The notes under the pieces were generated by a model. That model had not been told where the DNA came from. It did no database searches and saw nothing but the letters and a program-made list of their open reading frames with translations. From positions 61,968 through 125,967 of the forward strand of contig CASFGA010000009.1 in assembly GCA_949294185.1 (NCBI GenBank): a stretch of DNA of 64,000 nt, given 5' to 3'. This DNA is from an uncultured Bacteroides sp. Its GTDB lineage: Bacteria > Bacteroidota > Bacteroidia > Bacteroidales > Bacteroidaceae. Below, one piece after another: positions 50,252-60,623 of the stretch. The translations under genes were made by a program, and so were the position numbers. Each line of letters starts with the position of its first letter. The stretch's first letter is position 1.

Positions 50252-50268
50252 GGAAAGAAAGGAAGAAG

Positions 50269-51324
50269 ATGAAACTGTCACAATTCAAATTCAAGTTGCC
50301 GGAGGAAAAGATAGCCCTTTATCCGGCCAAGTACAGAGATGAATCCCGCCTGATGGTCGTTCACAAGAGCACAGGCGAAATCGAGCACGTAATGTTCAAG
50401 GAAATCTTGAACTACTTCGACGACCAAGATGCGTTTATCTTTAACGATACCAAAGTATTTCCGGCACGTTTATACGGAAACAAGGAAAAGACAGGAGCAC
50501 GCATCGAAGTTTTCCTGCTGCGCGAACTGAACGAAGAACTGCGCTTGTGGGATGTGCTGGTGGATCCCGCCCGGAAAATCCGTATCGGAAACAAATTATA
50601 CTTCGGTGATGACGACTCGATGGTGGCCGAAGTCATCGACAACACTACTTCCCGCGGACGTACGCTCCGCTTCCTGTATGACGGGCCACACGATGAGTTC
50701 AAGAAAGCCCTTTATGCTTTGGGCGAACCACCGTTGCCTCCGTTCATTCACCGGCCTGCAGAGCCGATTGACGAAGAGCGCTTCCAGACTATCTATGCCA
50801 AAAACGAAGGCGCGGTTACCGTTCCGGCTGCCGGACTGCACTTCAGCCGCGAACTGATGAAGCGCATGGAGATAAAAGGAATCAATTTCGCCTTCATTAC
50901 CATGCACTGCGGACTGGGCAACTTCCGTGACATCGATGTGGAAGATCTGACCAAACACAAGATGGACTCTGAGCAAATGTTTGTGGAAGCGGAAGCCTGC
51001 CGCATCGTCAACAAGGCAAAAGACGACGGACACAAGGTCTGCGCCGTAGGAACAAGCGTCATGCGAACCATCGAAACTGCTGTAGGGGCAGACGGACACC
51101 TGAAGGAATATGAAGGATGGACAAACAAGTTCATCTTCCCGCCTTATGAATTTTCCGTAGCCAATGCCATGGTGAGCAATTTCCACATGCCGCTTTCCAC
51201 GATGCTTATGCTGGTATGTGCGTATGGAGGGTACGAACTTGTCATGGAAGCTTACAATACAGCACTGAAAGAAGACTACCGTTTCGGCACATACGGAGAC
51301 GCCATGCTGATTCTGGACAAATAA
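50269..51324 (+). CDS. queA: S-adenosylmethionine:tRNA ribosyltransferase-isomerase
   Basis: [27 protein letters not shown] and [12 protein letters not shown] motifs. Confidence 0.96.
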   Translation: MKLSQFKFKLPEEKIALYPAKYRDESRLMVVHKSTGEIEHVMFKEILNYFDDQDAFIFNDTKVFPARLYGNKEKTGARIEVFLLRELNEELRLWDVLVDPARKIRIGNKLYFGDDDSMVAEVIDNTTSRGRTLRFLYDGPHDEFKKALYALGEPPLPPFIHRPAEPIDEERFQTIYAKNEGAVTVPAAGLHFSRELMKRMEIKGINFAFITMHCGLGNFRDIDVEDLTKHKMDSEQMFVEAEACRIVNKAKDDGHKVCAVGTSVMRTIETAVGADGHLKEYEGWTNKFIFPPYEFSVANAMVSNFHMPLSTMLMLVCAYGGYELVMEAYNTALKEDYRFGTYGDAMLILDK

Positions 51325-51399
51325 CAGTTTAAAACCAAGAGATACGGACGGTTTGATGGAATTCAAAACCGTCCGTATTTCACCAAAACACATCCGTGT

Positions 51400-51870
51400 A
51401 TGGCAAATGTCTATTTGGGATTAGGTACAAACCTGGGTGACAAAGCATCCAATCTCTACCAGGCCATCGGCTGGATAAGGAAAGAAGTGGGGAAAATCGT
51501 CTCACAGTCGGCCTTCTGCGAAACCGCTCCATGGGGATTCGACTCTGAAAACACATTCCTCAATGCCGCCTTATGCGTGAAAACGGATCTTTCTCCGCTT
51601 GAAGTGCTGCGCCTTACCCAAGAAATAGAACGAAGGATGGGAAGAAAACAGAAATCTGTAAACGGCATCTATACCGACCGGACTATAGATATCGACCTGC
51701 TGCTTTATGACGAGATGATTCTGCAAACACCCGAACTGACTCTTCCACATCCGCTCATGACAGAACGCGACTTCGTCATGCGTCCTTTGACCGAAATAGC
51801 CGGAAATGTGATTCATCCGGTCTTCCGAAAAACACTTGCCGAACTGTGGGAGTCCCGGAAATCCCTTTGA
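51400..51870 (+). CDS. folK: 2-amino-4-hydroxy-6-hydroxymethyldihydropteridine diphosphokinase
   Basis: YLGLGTNLG, FLNAA, DRTIDIDLL and PHP motifs. Confidence 0.95.
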   Translation: MANVYLGLGTNLGDKASNLYQAIGWIRKEVGKIVSQSAFCETAPWGFDSENTFLNAALCVKTDLSPLEVLRLTQEIERRMGRKQKSVNGIYTDRTIDIDLLLYDEMILQTPELTLPHPLMTERDFVMRPLTEIAGNVIHPVFRKTLAELWESRKSL

Positions 51871-52041
51871 CTCTCCTGCCTTTTCCCGGATTTTCACCCG
51901 TATTCATCCTTTGTTCTACCGGACAAAAAATTCATTTCATCCTGTCCGGAATCTTTTTTCCCGCTATCCCGCCCAAATTTTCTCCGACAGGAAAATATGT
52001 TAAATAACCGTTTCACGTGTTATTATTCCGATTTATATCCG

Positions 52042-52049
52042 TATCTTTG
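52042..52049 (+). promoter_or_regulatory. -7 box for metK
   Basis: TATCTTTG just upstream of the riboswitch candidate. Confidence 0.75.
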
Positions 52050-52065
52050 CGCCCGAAATAAAAAA

Positions 52066-52112
52066 GTGGAAAGATTTGAGTAGCTTGCAACCACGGAAAA
52101 AAATGCTAAAAC
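52066..52112 (+). promoter_or_regulatory. SAM-II-type riboswitch candidate
   Basis: GTGG-AAA-GATTT-GAG-TAGC-TTGCAA-CCAC-GGAAAAAAAT-GCTA-AAA: GTGG/CCAC stem, TAGC/GCTA pseudoknot and the GAUUU, UUGCAA and GCUAAAA words of SAM-II, upstream of metK. Confidence 0.75.
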
Positions 52113-52196
52113 ACATAGTTTGATTCCTTGATGATTACTTCTCTACTCTGTCCGTACACGGATAAACCATCATTAAACAACTTAATTATCAAAAGA

Positions 52197-53489
52197 ATGG
52201 GATACTTATTCACATCCGAATCGGTGTCTGAAGGACACCCCGACAAAGTGGCGGATCAGATATCCGACGCTGTGCTTGACAAACTGTTGGCTTACGACCC
52301 CAGTTCGAAAGTAGCTTGCGAAACTCTGGTGACTACCGGACAGGTGGTACTGGCAGGAGAAGTGAAATCCAAAGCGTATATCGACCTCCAAAGGGTAGCA
52401 CGCGAAGTGATCAACCGCATAGGCTATACCAAGAGCGAATACATGTTCGAAGGGAATTCGTGCGGCGTATTCTCCGCCATTCATGAGCAGAGTCCGGACA
52501 TTAACCGGGGAGTGGAACGCGACGACCCTATGGACCAGGGAGCAGGAGACCAGGGCATGATGTTCGGCTATGCTACCAATGAAACCGAAAACTATATGCC
52601 TCTTTCACTCGACCTTGCACACAAACTGCTGAAAGTATTGGCCGAAATCCGCCGCGAAGGTAAGGAAATGACCTATCTACGGCCGGATTCCAAAAGTCAG
52701 GTGACTATCGAATACGACGACAACCGCCGTCCGGTACGCATTGACACAATAGTCGTATCTACTCAGCACGATGAGTTCATCCGTCCGACAGACGGTTCAA
52801 AAGAAGCCCAATTAAAGGCCGACGAAGAGATGCTTGCGCAAATCCGAAAGGATGTCATTGATATCCTGATGCCGCGCGTCATTGCCGAAATCCATAATCC
52901 GGAGGTATTGAAGCTGTTCAACGGACAGATAAAATATTTCGTCAACCCCACAGGCAAGTTTGTTATCGGCGGTCCCCACGGCGATACAGGTCTGACCGGA
53001 CGTAAGATTATTGTTGACACCTATGGAGGTGCCGGTGCACACGGAGGCGGAGCCTTTTCCGGAAAAGATCCGAGCAAGGTAGACCGTAGCGCAGCCTATG
53101 CCGCACGGCACATTGCAAAGAATCTGGTGGCAGCCGGAGTATCAGACGAAATTCTGGTACAGGTATCCTATGCCATCGGAGTTGCCCGTCCCATTAACAT
53201 TTATGTAAATACATACGGACGAAGCCACGTATCCATGAGCGACGGAGAGATAGCTCAAAAAATAGATGAAATCTTTGATATGCGTCCGCGCGCCATAGAA
53301 GAACGGCTGAAGTTGCGTAATCCTATTTATAGCGAGACAGCTGCTTACGGACACATGGGACGCGAACCCAAAACCGTGGTCAAGCATTTCGAATCCATTT
53401 ACGAAGGAAACAAAGACATTGAAGTAGAGCTCTTCACCTGGGAAAAACTGGATTATGTAGACAAGGTAAAGGCCGCTTTCGGACTCTGA
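52197..53489 (+). CDS. metK: S-adenosylmethionine synthetase
   Basis: [32 protein letters not shown] and [10 protein letters not shown] motifs. Confidence 0.98.
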   Translation: MGYLFTSESVSEGHPDKVADQISDAVLDKLLAYDPSSKVACETLVTTGQVVLAGEVKSKAYIDLQRVAREVINRIGYTKSEYMFEGNSCGVFSAIHEQSPDINRGVERDDPMDQGAGDQGMMFGYATNETENYMPLSLDLAHKLLKVLAEIRREGKEMTYLRPDSKSQVTIEYDDNRRPVRIDTIVVSTQHDEFIRPTDGSKEAQLKADEEMLAQIRKDVIDILMPRVIAEIHNPEVLKLFNGQIKYFVNPTGKFVIGGPHGDTGLTGRKIIVDTYGGAGAHGGGAFSGKDPSKVDRSAAYAARHIAKNLVAAGVSDEILVQVSYAIGVARPINIYVNTYGRSHVSMSDGEIAQKIDEIFDMRPRAIEERLKLRNPIYSETAAYGHMGREPKTVVKHFESIYEGNKDIEVELFTWEKLDYVDKVKAAFGL

Positions 53490-53621
53490 TATGGCAAAAG
53501 GCGGTCATAAAAAGAATTCATATCATTTTGTTTAAATAAAGATGAAGAACCTTATAGATATGCATCTCTTTTAAAGAGACTTATAAGGTTCTTCACTTGT
53601 TATAGAATATCAGCAAAGCAG

Positions 53622-54209
53622 ATGAACGAAATTAAAAATGTATGTGTCTATTGTGCGTCAAGCACCCAAATTCCGAACATCTACTTCAAAACAGCCGAGC
53701 ATCTGGGAGAACTTCTGGCACAACAAGGCATCAACCTGATTGACGGTGCAGGCCAACAGGGACTTATGGGATGCATAAACAATGCTATACTCGCATCCGG
53801 AGGTACGGTTACCGGAATCATCCCGCATTTCATGGTAGAACAGGGATGGCATCATCCGCATCTTACCCAACTTATAGAAACGGAAACCATGCACGAACGA
53901 AAGCAGATGATGGTAAGCATGTCAGACGGTATCATTGCCTTGCCCGGAGGATGCGGAACGATGGAAGAATTGTTGGAGGCCATTACATGGAAACAGTTGG
54001 GTCTTTACCTGAAGCCCATTGTCATCCTGAATACCGCAAATTTTTATAATCCTTTGTTCACCCTGCTGCAACAAGCCGTCAATCAGAACTTCATGCGGCG
54101 TGAACATGAAAATATATGGCAAATCGCGTCAACTCCTGAAGAAGCCATACATTTATTATATACAACTCCTCATTGGAACAAAGAAATTCGTAAATTTGCG
54201 GCTATATGA
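53622..54209 (+). CDS. LOG family protein (TIGR00730-like)
   Basis: VYCASS, MHERK and PGGCGTMEE motifs. Confidence 0.9.
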   Translation: MNEIKNVCVYCASSTQIPNIYFKTAEHLGELLAQQGINLIDGAGQQGLMGCINNAILASGGTVTGIIPHFMVEQGWHHPHLTQLIETETMHERKQMMVSMSDGIIALPGGCGTMEELLEAITWKQLGLYLKPIVILNTANFYNPLFTLLQQAVNQNFMRREHENIWQIASTPEEAIHLLYTTPHWNKEIRKFAAI

Positions 54210-55015
54210 ATGAAGTATGCCGCGGAAGCTTTAAACTGATACAAGAGCTGTTGGAACAAAACCGACAAGAACTGGACAGCGCACTTGTAAGAAGCATGCA
54301 GGAAACACCGTTTCCAGGCATGAACGGCGAACCTTTATCCTATCGTCTGAACGATGACTGGATAATTACCTGTCTGATGTTCTTGTGTTTCTTCCTGCTC
54401 TACTATGCATTAAACAGGAAACGGAAATATCTGTACCAACATTTGAAACGTTTCTTTATCCACAAGAAACGTTCCAATCTTTTCGATGATCCTATCGAAC
54501 CGTCTCAATTATCTTCACTCACACTGATTGGAACTACCTGTATACTGGGTGGAATATGCCTGTATGACTACTTTTTGGAAACCAACTCCGCGCTGTTTGT
54601 CTGTATCCCTCATCATTGGCTGCTAATATTCTACATTCTCTCCATAATCATTTTAGTAATTGGGAAATGGAGTCTGTACAGTTTTACAAATAAAATTTTT
54701 TTTGACAAAGAGCGAAATGATTCTTGGACAACATCCTACTTTGACCTGATAATAGCCACCGGTTTCGTGCTTTTCCCGACAATTCTGCTGATAGTCTTTT
54801 TCAATTTACCTTTCCTCCCATCACAAACACTCGTTCTTGCAACGCTGCTAATTACTAAATTATTGTTATTTTATAAGTGTATTAGGAACTTTTTCAATCA
54901 TTTTCATGGCATTTTACATTTAATTCTGTACTTTTGCACCCTCGAAATAGTACCCGATCTACTTTTATGGAAGGGTATAATTTATGTAAACAAGATAGTG
55001 ATTTTAAATTTTTAG
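54206..55015 (+). CDS. DUF4271 membrane protein
   Basis: Multi-TM protein ending LYFCTLEIVP; lies between LOG and hemD. Confidence 0.75.
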   Translation: MNEVCRGSFKLIQELLEQNRQELDSALVRSMQETPFPGMNGEPLSYRLNDDWIITCLMFLCFFLLYYALNRKRKYLYQHLKRFFIHKKRSNLFDDPIEPSQLSSLTLIGTTCILGGICLYDYFLETNSALFVCIPHHWLLIFYILSIIILVIGKWSLYSFTNKIFFDKERNDSWTTSYFDLIIATGFVLFPTILLIVFFNLPFLPSQTLVLATLLITKLLLFYKCIRNFFNHFHGILHLILYFCTLEIVPDLLLWKGIIYVNKIVILNF

Positions 55016-55019
55016 TACA

Positions 55020-55766
55020 TTGAAAATAAAGAAAGTTCTTATTTCTCAGCCTAAGCCTACATCGGAGAAATCTCCTTACTTCGATATAGCTGAGAAATAC
55101 GGGGTGAAAATAGATTTCCGCCCATTCATAAAAGTAGAAAGTTTGTCGGCTAAAGAATTTAGACAACAGAAAGTTTCTATTTTAGATCATACCGCAGTTG
55201 TCTTTACTTCACGTCATGCGATTGATCATTTCTTTAGTCTTTGTGCAGAATTACGTGTCACGATTCCGGAAACAATGAAATATTTCTGTACATCGGAGAC
55301 AATCGCATTGTATATCCAGAAGTATGTACAGTATCGGAAGCGGAAAGTATTTTTCGGAGCGACAGGAAAATTCATTGATTTGATACCGCTCATTGTAAAA
55401 CACAATACAGAAAAATACCTTATCCCGATGTCTGATGTTCACAACAATGAAGTCAGAGACTTGTTGGACAAGAATAAGATTCAGCATACCGAAGCCGTTA
55501 TGTACCGTACGGTCAGCAATGATTTTACTCCGGAAGAGAAATTCGACTACGACATGTTGGTATTCTTCAGTCCGGCCGGAATCCAATCATTGATGAAGAA
55601 CTTTCCGAAGTTTGAACAGAAAGAAATTGCTATCGGATGCTTTGGTCCTACCACAGCCAAGGCAGTGAAGGAAGCCGGACTTCGCCTTGACTTGGAAGCT
55701 CCTACAACTGCCGCGCCGTCAATGACGGCAGCACTGGATATGTTTATCCGCGAACACAACAAATAA
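55020..55766 (+). CDS. hemD: Uroporphyrinogen-III synthase
   Basis: TTG start; KVLISQP, VFTSRHA, YRTVS and FFSPAGI motifs. Confidence 0.88.
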   Translation: MKIKKVLISQPKPTSEKSPYFDIAEKYGVKIDFRPFIKVESLSAKEFRQQKVSILDHTAVVFTSRHAIDHFFSLCAELRVTIPETMKYFCTSETIALYIQKYVQYRKRKVFFGATGKFIDLIPLIVKHNTEKYLIPMSDVHNNEVRDLLDKNKIQHTEAVMYRTVSNDFTPEEKFDYDMLVFFSPAGIQSLMKNFPKFEQKEIAIGCFGPTTAKAVKEAGLRLDLEAPTTAAPSMTAALDMFIREHNK

Positions 55767-55773
55767 AAACAGT

Positions 55774-55833
55774 AGGCACGGATTACATCTTCTCACAGAT
55801 TTTGTCTGTGAATGTATAATGTAATCCGTGCCT
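55774..55833. repeat. Intergenic palindromic element, copy 2
   Basis: AGGCACGGATTACA ... TGTAATCCGTGCCT with inner TCACAGAT/GTCTGTGA hairpin. Confidence 0.8.
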
Positions 55834-55844
55834 GACACTTTTAT

Positions 55845-56240
55845 ATGAAATCTCTCCAAACATACAGATTACATAAGGAAGAACGTCTGAACAGCCGTAT
55901 TCTGATAGAAAAACTTTTCACTGGAGGAAGCAAATCACTCCCCGCTTTTCCGCTGCGTGTAGTCTATATGATTGTAGAAGGAGAACATCTTCCCCCTGTT
56001 TCATTGCTTATCAGCGTTCCTAAAAAACGGTTCAAACGCGCAGTCAAGCGCAACCGGATAAAACGGCAGATACGAGAAGCCTACCGGAAAAACAAACAAA
56101 TACTGACACTTCCTTTGACAGAAGCACAGCAGAAAATGGCAATTGCTTTCATCTGGTTGGACAATGAGCTTCATTCCACCCAAGAAGTGGAAACGAAAGT
56201 ACGGAAACTGCTCCAACTTTTATCCGAACGTCTGCCATGA
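55845..56240 (+). CDS. rnpA: Ribonuclease P protein component
   Basis: [28 protein letters not shown] motif. Confidence 0.95.
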   Translation: MKSLQTYRLHKEERLNSRILIEKLFTGGSKSLPAFPLRVVYMIVEGEHLPPVSLLISVPKKRFKRAVKRNRIKRQIREAYRKNKQILTLPLTEAQQKMAIAFIWLDNELHSTQEVETKVRKLLQLLSERLP

Positions 56241-56458
56241 GAAAACTTTTCACCTTTCTGCTGCTACTGCCCATTTATTTTTATCGGAACTGCATATCTC
56301 CGTTTACCCCTCCTTCATGCCGCTTTACTCCAACATGTTCGCAATACGCCATCGAAGCCATCAAAAAACACGGTCCGGTAAAAGGACTATACCTTGCCAT
56401 CCGGCGCATTTTGCGCTGCCATCCGTGGGGAGGTTCCGGATATGACCCAGTTCCCTAA
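56237..56458 (+). CDS. yidD: Membrane protein insertion efficiency factor
   Basis: [10 protein letters not shown] and [17 protein letters not shown] motifs. Confidence 0.96.
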   Translation: MRKLFTFLLLLPIYFYRNCISPFTPPSCRFTPTCSQYAIEAIKKHGPVKGLYLAIRRILRCHPWGGSGYDPVP

Positions 56459-56468
56459 TGCAACATTC

Positions 56469-57122
56469 ATGAAAAGCAAAATCCTCGACATACATACCCA
56501 TCACCTTTCTTCATGTCCAGAGCAAGCTTTGCTTTCTTGCTGCATGAAAGATGTAACATCTGCCGGATTTCGTTCCGCCCACTTTCTTTCTATAGGGATA
56601 CACCCGTGGTTTCTTTCCGAAGAAGATTTTCACTTCCAACTAAACTGGATAGACAATGTATTGGCAACGGACTGCCGAGTGATAGCTTTGGGTGAATGCG
56701 GGTTGGACAAATTATGCTCCACACCTTATTCTCTTCAGACAAAAGCATTTCTGAATCTTATCAAGCGTTCAGAAGACCACCATCTCCCCTTACTCATCCA
56801 TGCAGTGAAGTATGCCAATGAGATAATGGAACTGAAAAAAAAGCTTCGCCCACACCAGCCCTGGATTATCCACGGCTTCCGGGGGAAAAAAGAACTCGCG
56901 TCCAGTTATCTGCAACACGGGTTTTACCTTTCATTCGGAGAAAAATATCAGGAAGAAGCCTTAAAATCCATTCCTGCCGACAAACTTCTGCTCGAAACCG
57001 ATGAAAGCAAAAGCGATATCCGGGAAATCTACGAACAAGCCGCCGACATACGAAACGTAAGCTTAGAGGAACTGACAGCACACATACAGGAAAATATCAG
57101 CAGACTCTTTTTTAATCGCTAA
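56469..57122 (+). CDS. TatD family hydrolase
   Basis: DIHTH, GIHPW, GECGLD, IIHGF and LLETD motifs; start reassigned to MKSK. Confidence 0.9.
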   Translation: MKSKILDIHTHHLSSCPEQALLSCCMKDVTSAGFRSAHFLSIGIHPWFLSEEDFHFQLNWIDNVLATDCRVIALGECGLDKLCSTPYSLQTKAFLNLIKRSEDHHLPLLIHAVKYANEIMELKKKLRPHQPWIIHGFRGKKELASSYLQHGFYLSFGEKYQEEALKSIPADKLLLETDESKSDIREIYEQAADIRNVSLEELTAHIQENISRLFFNR

Positions 57123-57192
57123 AAATTGGTTATTCAGATAAAGTGTCGTACTTTTGCCAATACCTTTATTGTTAAACTAAGAAATTCATTCG

Positions 57193-58485
57193 ATGAACTT
57201 TGTAGAAGAATTGAGATGGCGCGGAATGGTGCACACCATGATGCCAGGCACGGAAGAATTACTGGAAAAAGAAATGGTAACCGCTTATGTAGGCATTGAC
57301 CCCACGGCCGATTCACTCCATATCGGCCATCTGGTAAGCGTAATGATACTGAAACATTTTCAACGGTGCGGACACAAACCTCTGGCTCTGGTAGGAGGAG
57401 CGACCGGCATGATAGGCGATCCGTCAGGAAAATCGGCTGAACGCAACCTGCTAGATGAGGAAACCTTGCGCCACAATCAGGAATGCATTAAAAAACAATT
57501 AAGCAAATTCCTCGATTTCGAGTCGGATGCCCCCAACAAGGCTGAGTTGGTCAACAATTACGACTGGATGAAAGACTTCACTTTCCTTGATTTCGCCCGC
57601 ACAGTAGGCAAGCATATCACGGTCAACTATATGATGGCAAAAGATTCCGTACAGAAGCGACTGAACGGTGAAGCACGCGACGGACTTTCCTTCACCGAGT
57701 TTACCTACCAGCTTCTGCAGGGATACGACTTCCTTCATCTGTATGAAACGAAAAACTGCAAGCTTCAGATGGGTGGTTCCGACCAATGGGGAAACATCAC
57801 CACCGGTGCCGAACTGATTCGCCGCACGAATGGAGGAGAAGTTTTCGCCTTGACCTGTCCGCTGATTACCAAAGCCGACGGCGGAAAGTTCGGTAAGACA
57901 GAATCGGGCAATATATGGCTTGACCCGCGTTATACCTCGCCCTACAAGTTCTACCAGTTCTGGCTGAACGTGAGCGATGAAGATGCAGAACGCTATATCA
58001 AGATATTCACCATGCTGAGCAAGGAAGAAATCGAAGCGTTGGTTGCCGAGCAGAAAGCCGCTCCCCACCTGCGTCCGCTCCAGAAGCGACTGGCCAAAGA
58101 AGTTACCATCATGGTACACTCGGAAGCCGACTATAACGCCGCTGTAGAAGCATCCGGTATCCTGTTCGGCAATGCCACATCCGAAGCGTTGAAGAAACTG
58201 GATGAGGATACACTTCTGTCGGTATTCGAAGGCGTTCCTCAATTCGAAGTATCGAAAGCTGATATAGATGCAGGCGTAAAAGCTATTGACCTGTTTACCG
58301 AAAAGGCCGCCGTATTCCCGTCGAAAGGCGAGATGCGCAAGCTGGTTCAAGGCGGAGGTGTTTCGCTGAACAAGGAGAAACTGACCGCTCCCGACCAGAC
58401 CGTCACCCCAGCCGACCTGCTGAACGGAAAATACCTCCTCGTGCAACGCGGAAAGAAAAACTATTATCTGCTGATTGCGAAATAA
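57193..58485 (+). CDS. tyrS: Tyrosine--tRNA ligase
   Basis: [19 protein letters not shown] and a C-terminal S4-like domain. Confidence 0.98.
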   Translation: MNFVEELRWRGMVHTMMPGTEELLEKEMVTAYVGIDPTADSLHIGHLVSVMILKHFQRCGHKPLALVGGATGMIGDPSGKSAERNLLDEETLRHNQECIKKQLSKFLDFESDAPNKAELVNNYDWMKDFTFLDFARTVGKHITVNYMMAKDSVQKRLNGEARDGLSFTEFTYQLLQGYDFLHLYETKNCKLQMGGSDQWGNITTGAELIRRTNGGEVFALTCPLITKADGGKFGKTESGNIWLDPRYTSPYKFYQFWLNVSDEDAERYIKIFTMLSKEEIEALVAEQKAAPHLRPLQKRLAKEVTIMVHSEADYNAAVEASGILFGNATSEALKKLDEDTLLSVFEGVPQFEVSKADIDAGVKAIDLFTEKAAVFPSKGEMRKLVQGGGVSLNKEKLTAPDQTVTPADLLNGKYLLVQRGKKNYYLLIAK

Positions 58486-58512
58486 GACAACGAATCGAGA
58501 TAATCACTTTCA

Positions 58513-58560
58513 TAAAACAAGGTCTTGCCAAAATGTATATTTGGCAAGACCTTGTTTTAT
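58513..58560. terminator. Bidirectional terminator
   Basis: ATAAAACAAGGTCTTGCCAAA ... TTTGGCAAGACCTTGTTTTAT. Confidence 0.8.
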
Positions 58561-58637
58561 TATAAACAAAACCAAAAGCACCGCGCAGCCGATATAAAAA
58601 TTTCGACACCTGCCCGATTCGCCATTTCTGTATTCTG

Positions 58638-58790
58638 TCACGACTTGTTCAGTATGACAAGCGCACCGATTACCCCCGGAACCCATCCCGCCGCTGTAAG
58701 CAGAAATACGATAAGCACCGAGCCGCATCCCTTGTCGATTACGGCAAGCGGCGGAAAAATAATGGAAAGAATTACTCTTATCAATGACAT
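58638..58790 (-). CDS. YqaE/Pmp3 family small membrane protein (50 aa)
   Basis: MSLIRVILSIIFPPLAV...LLTAAGWVPGVIGAL; -7 box near 58819. Confidence 0.88.
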   Translation of the reverse strand: MSLIRVILSIIFPPLAVIDKGCGSVLIVFLLTAAGWVPGVIGALVILNKS

Positions 58791-58908
58791 AACCCCTTGT
58801 CTTCTTTGTTGCAAAAGCAAAGATAAGCATTTAAAATACATCCTCAAAGCATTGCCGTCACAATAAAAATTTGACTACCTTTGCAGCGAATCCTTAAAGA
58901 AGAATCGT

Positions 58909-59919
58909 ATGAACCGATTGAAAAATATCTGGATAACCGCTACACTGTTGGGAGGTATGGCCTTTATTTCCTGCGGAAGCAGTGCAAAAAAGGAAAACGC
59001 ACGGACGGAAGACACACAAGAAAAGGAGACAATGGTAGTTCCTCCTGCTTTCTCGGCCGACAGTGCTTACCGCTACATCGAAGAACAAGTCACTTTCGGA
59101 CCAAGAGTGCCCAATACATCCGCCCACCGGGCATGCGGAGATTATCTGGCCGCGCAACTCGAACGCTTTGGCGCCAAAGTATACAATCAACATGCCGATC
59201 TGATGGCATACGACGGTACAATTCTGAAAGCCCGCAACATCATCGGCGTATACAATGCAGAACAAAAGAAGCGCGTGATGCTCTGCGCACACTGGGACAG
59301 CCGCCCGTATGCCGACCAAGATGAGGAGAAACATCATCACAGTGCGATAGACGGTGCAAACGACGGTGCGAGCGGGGTAGGAGTGCTGCTCGAAATTGCC
59401 CGCCTGATTCAGCAGAAGGCTCCGGCCATCGGCATCGACATCATATTTTTCGATGCGGAAGACTATGGCATCCCCGACTTCTATAAAGGAGTCTACAAAC
59501 CAGACACCTGGTGTCTGGGGTCACAATACTGGGGACGCATACCCCACGTGTCCGATTACAAGGCACGCTTCGGCATTCTGCTCGACATGGTGGGAGCCAA
59601 GAACGCTACATTCTATTACGAAGGCTATTCACGCCGCACGGCCAACCGGTTCGTAAAGAAAATTTGGAAGATGGCCGAACGGTTAGGCTACGGCAATTAT
59701 TTCATTCGCGAAGACGGAGGCGAAGTTACCGACGACCATGTGTACGTGAACCAGTATCGGCAGATTCCGTGTGTAGATATCATCCATTACGACAATCAGG
59801 GGACAACCGGATTCAACCCTACATGGCACACGTTGGATGACAATCTGCAACACATCGACAAAGCAACCCTCCAGGCTGTAGGACATACCGTAACGGCAGT
59901 TATCTATAATGAAAAATAA
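58909..59919 (+). CDS. M28 family lipoprotein (glutaminyl-cyclase-like peptidase)
   Basis: Lipobox FISC; HWDSRP, GANDGASG, DAEDYG, LDMVG and DDH motifs. Confidence 0.9.
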   Translation: MNRLKNIWITATLLGGMAFISCGSSAKKENARTEDTQEKETMVVPPAFSADSAYRYIEEQVTFGPRVPNTSAHRACGDYLAAQLERFGAKVYNQHADLMAYDGTILKARNIIGVYNAEQKKRVMLCAHWDSRPYADQDEEKHHHSAIDGANDGASGVGVLLEIARLIQQKAPAIGIDIIFFDAEDYGIPDFYKGVYKPDTWCLGSQYWGRIPHVSDYKARFGILLDMVGAKNATFYYEGYSRRTANRFVKKIWKMAERLGYGNYFIREDGGEVTDDHVYVNQYRQIPCVDIIHYDNQGTTGFNPTWHTLDDNLQHIDKATLQAVGHTVTAVIYNEK

Positions 59920-59930
59920 TCTTATCCGAA

Positions 59931-60359
59931 ATGAAGACAATAAATGAACTGCAAGACGAAGTTATCGAAGAGTTCAGCGACTTTGATGACTGGATGGACA
60001 AATATCAACTGCTTATTGATTTGGGCAGCGAACAGGCACCTCTTGACCCGAAATACAAGACGGAACAGAATCTGATAGACGGCTGTCAGAGCCGCGTATG
60101 GTTGCAAGCCGACTTTATAGACGGCAACATCGTGTTCCAGGCAGAGAGTGACGCGCTGATAGTGAAAGGTATTATCGCCCTTCTGATAAAGATAGTGTCG
60201 GGGCATACTCCGGATGAAATACTCGATTCCGACCTCTACTTCATCGAAAAAATCGGTCTGAAGGAACATTTGTCGCCGACGCGCAGCAACGGGCTCTTGG
60301 CCATGGTCAAGCAGATACGCATGTATGCACTGGCATTCAAGGCCAAACAGGAACAGTAA
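59931..60359 (+). CDS. sufE: Fe-S cluster assembly sulfur acceptor SufE
   Basis: IDGCQSRVW, SDALIVKG and LSPTRSNG motifs. Confidence 0.94.
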   Translation: MKTINELQDEVIEEFSDFDDWMDKYQLLIDLGSEQAPLDPKYKTEQNLIDGCQSRVWLQADFIDGNIVFQAESDALIVKGIIALLIKIVSGHTPDEILDSDLYFIEKIGLKEHLSPTRSNGLLAMVKQIRMYALAFKAKQEQ

Positions 60360-60420
60360 TCTTACATTGTTTCTGCCTTCACACGACAAGCAACAACCGT
60401 ATCCGGAACAACACACAACT

Positions 60421-60452
60421 CTCCCTTATGAAAACATGTTTTCATAAGGGAG
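60421..60452. repeat. Perfect 32-bp palindrome
   Basis: CTCCCTTATGAAAACA|TGTTTTCATAAGGGAG. Confidence 0.85.
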
Positions 60453-60623
60453 AAACAACTTTTCATGCAGATGATATTGCAATTTCATAGGCATGAAATT
60501 ACCGTATGCCTACACATTCAGCAGAAGTCATCCGAACAAAACCGTAAAATATAAGTTCTGCCATAACGCTAACTAAGGGATTTTACATTATCTTTGTCGC
60601 ACATAAGAAGTTAATCACCTGAT

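Noticed and set aside
53500-57150. Visibly more AT-rich stretch (also about 33970-35700), suggesting horizontal transfer
   Set aside because: It holds core genes in their usual order with no mobility signatures; GC was only judged by eye.
57123-57192. T-box or attenuator before tyrS
   Set aside because: The leader is short and has no T-box motif; only a -7 box is present.
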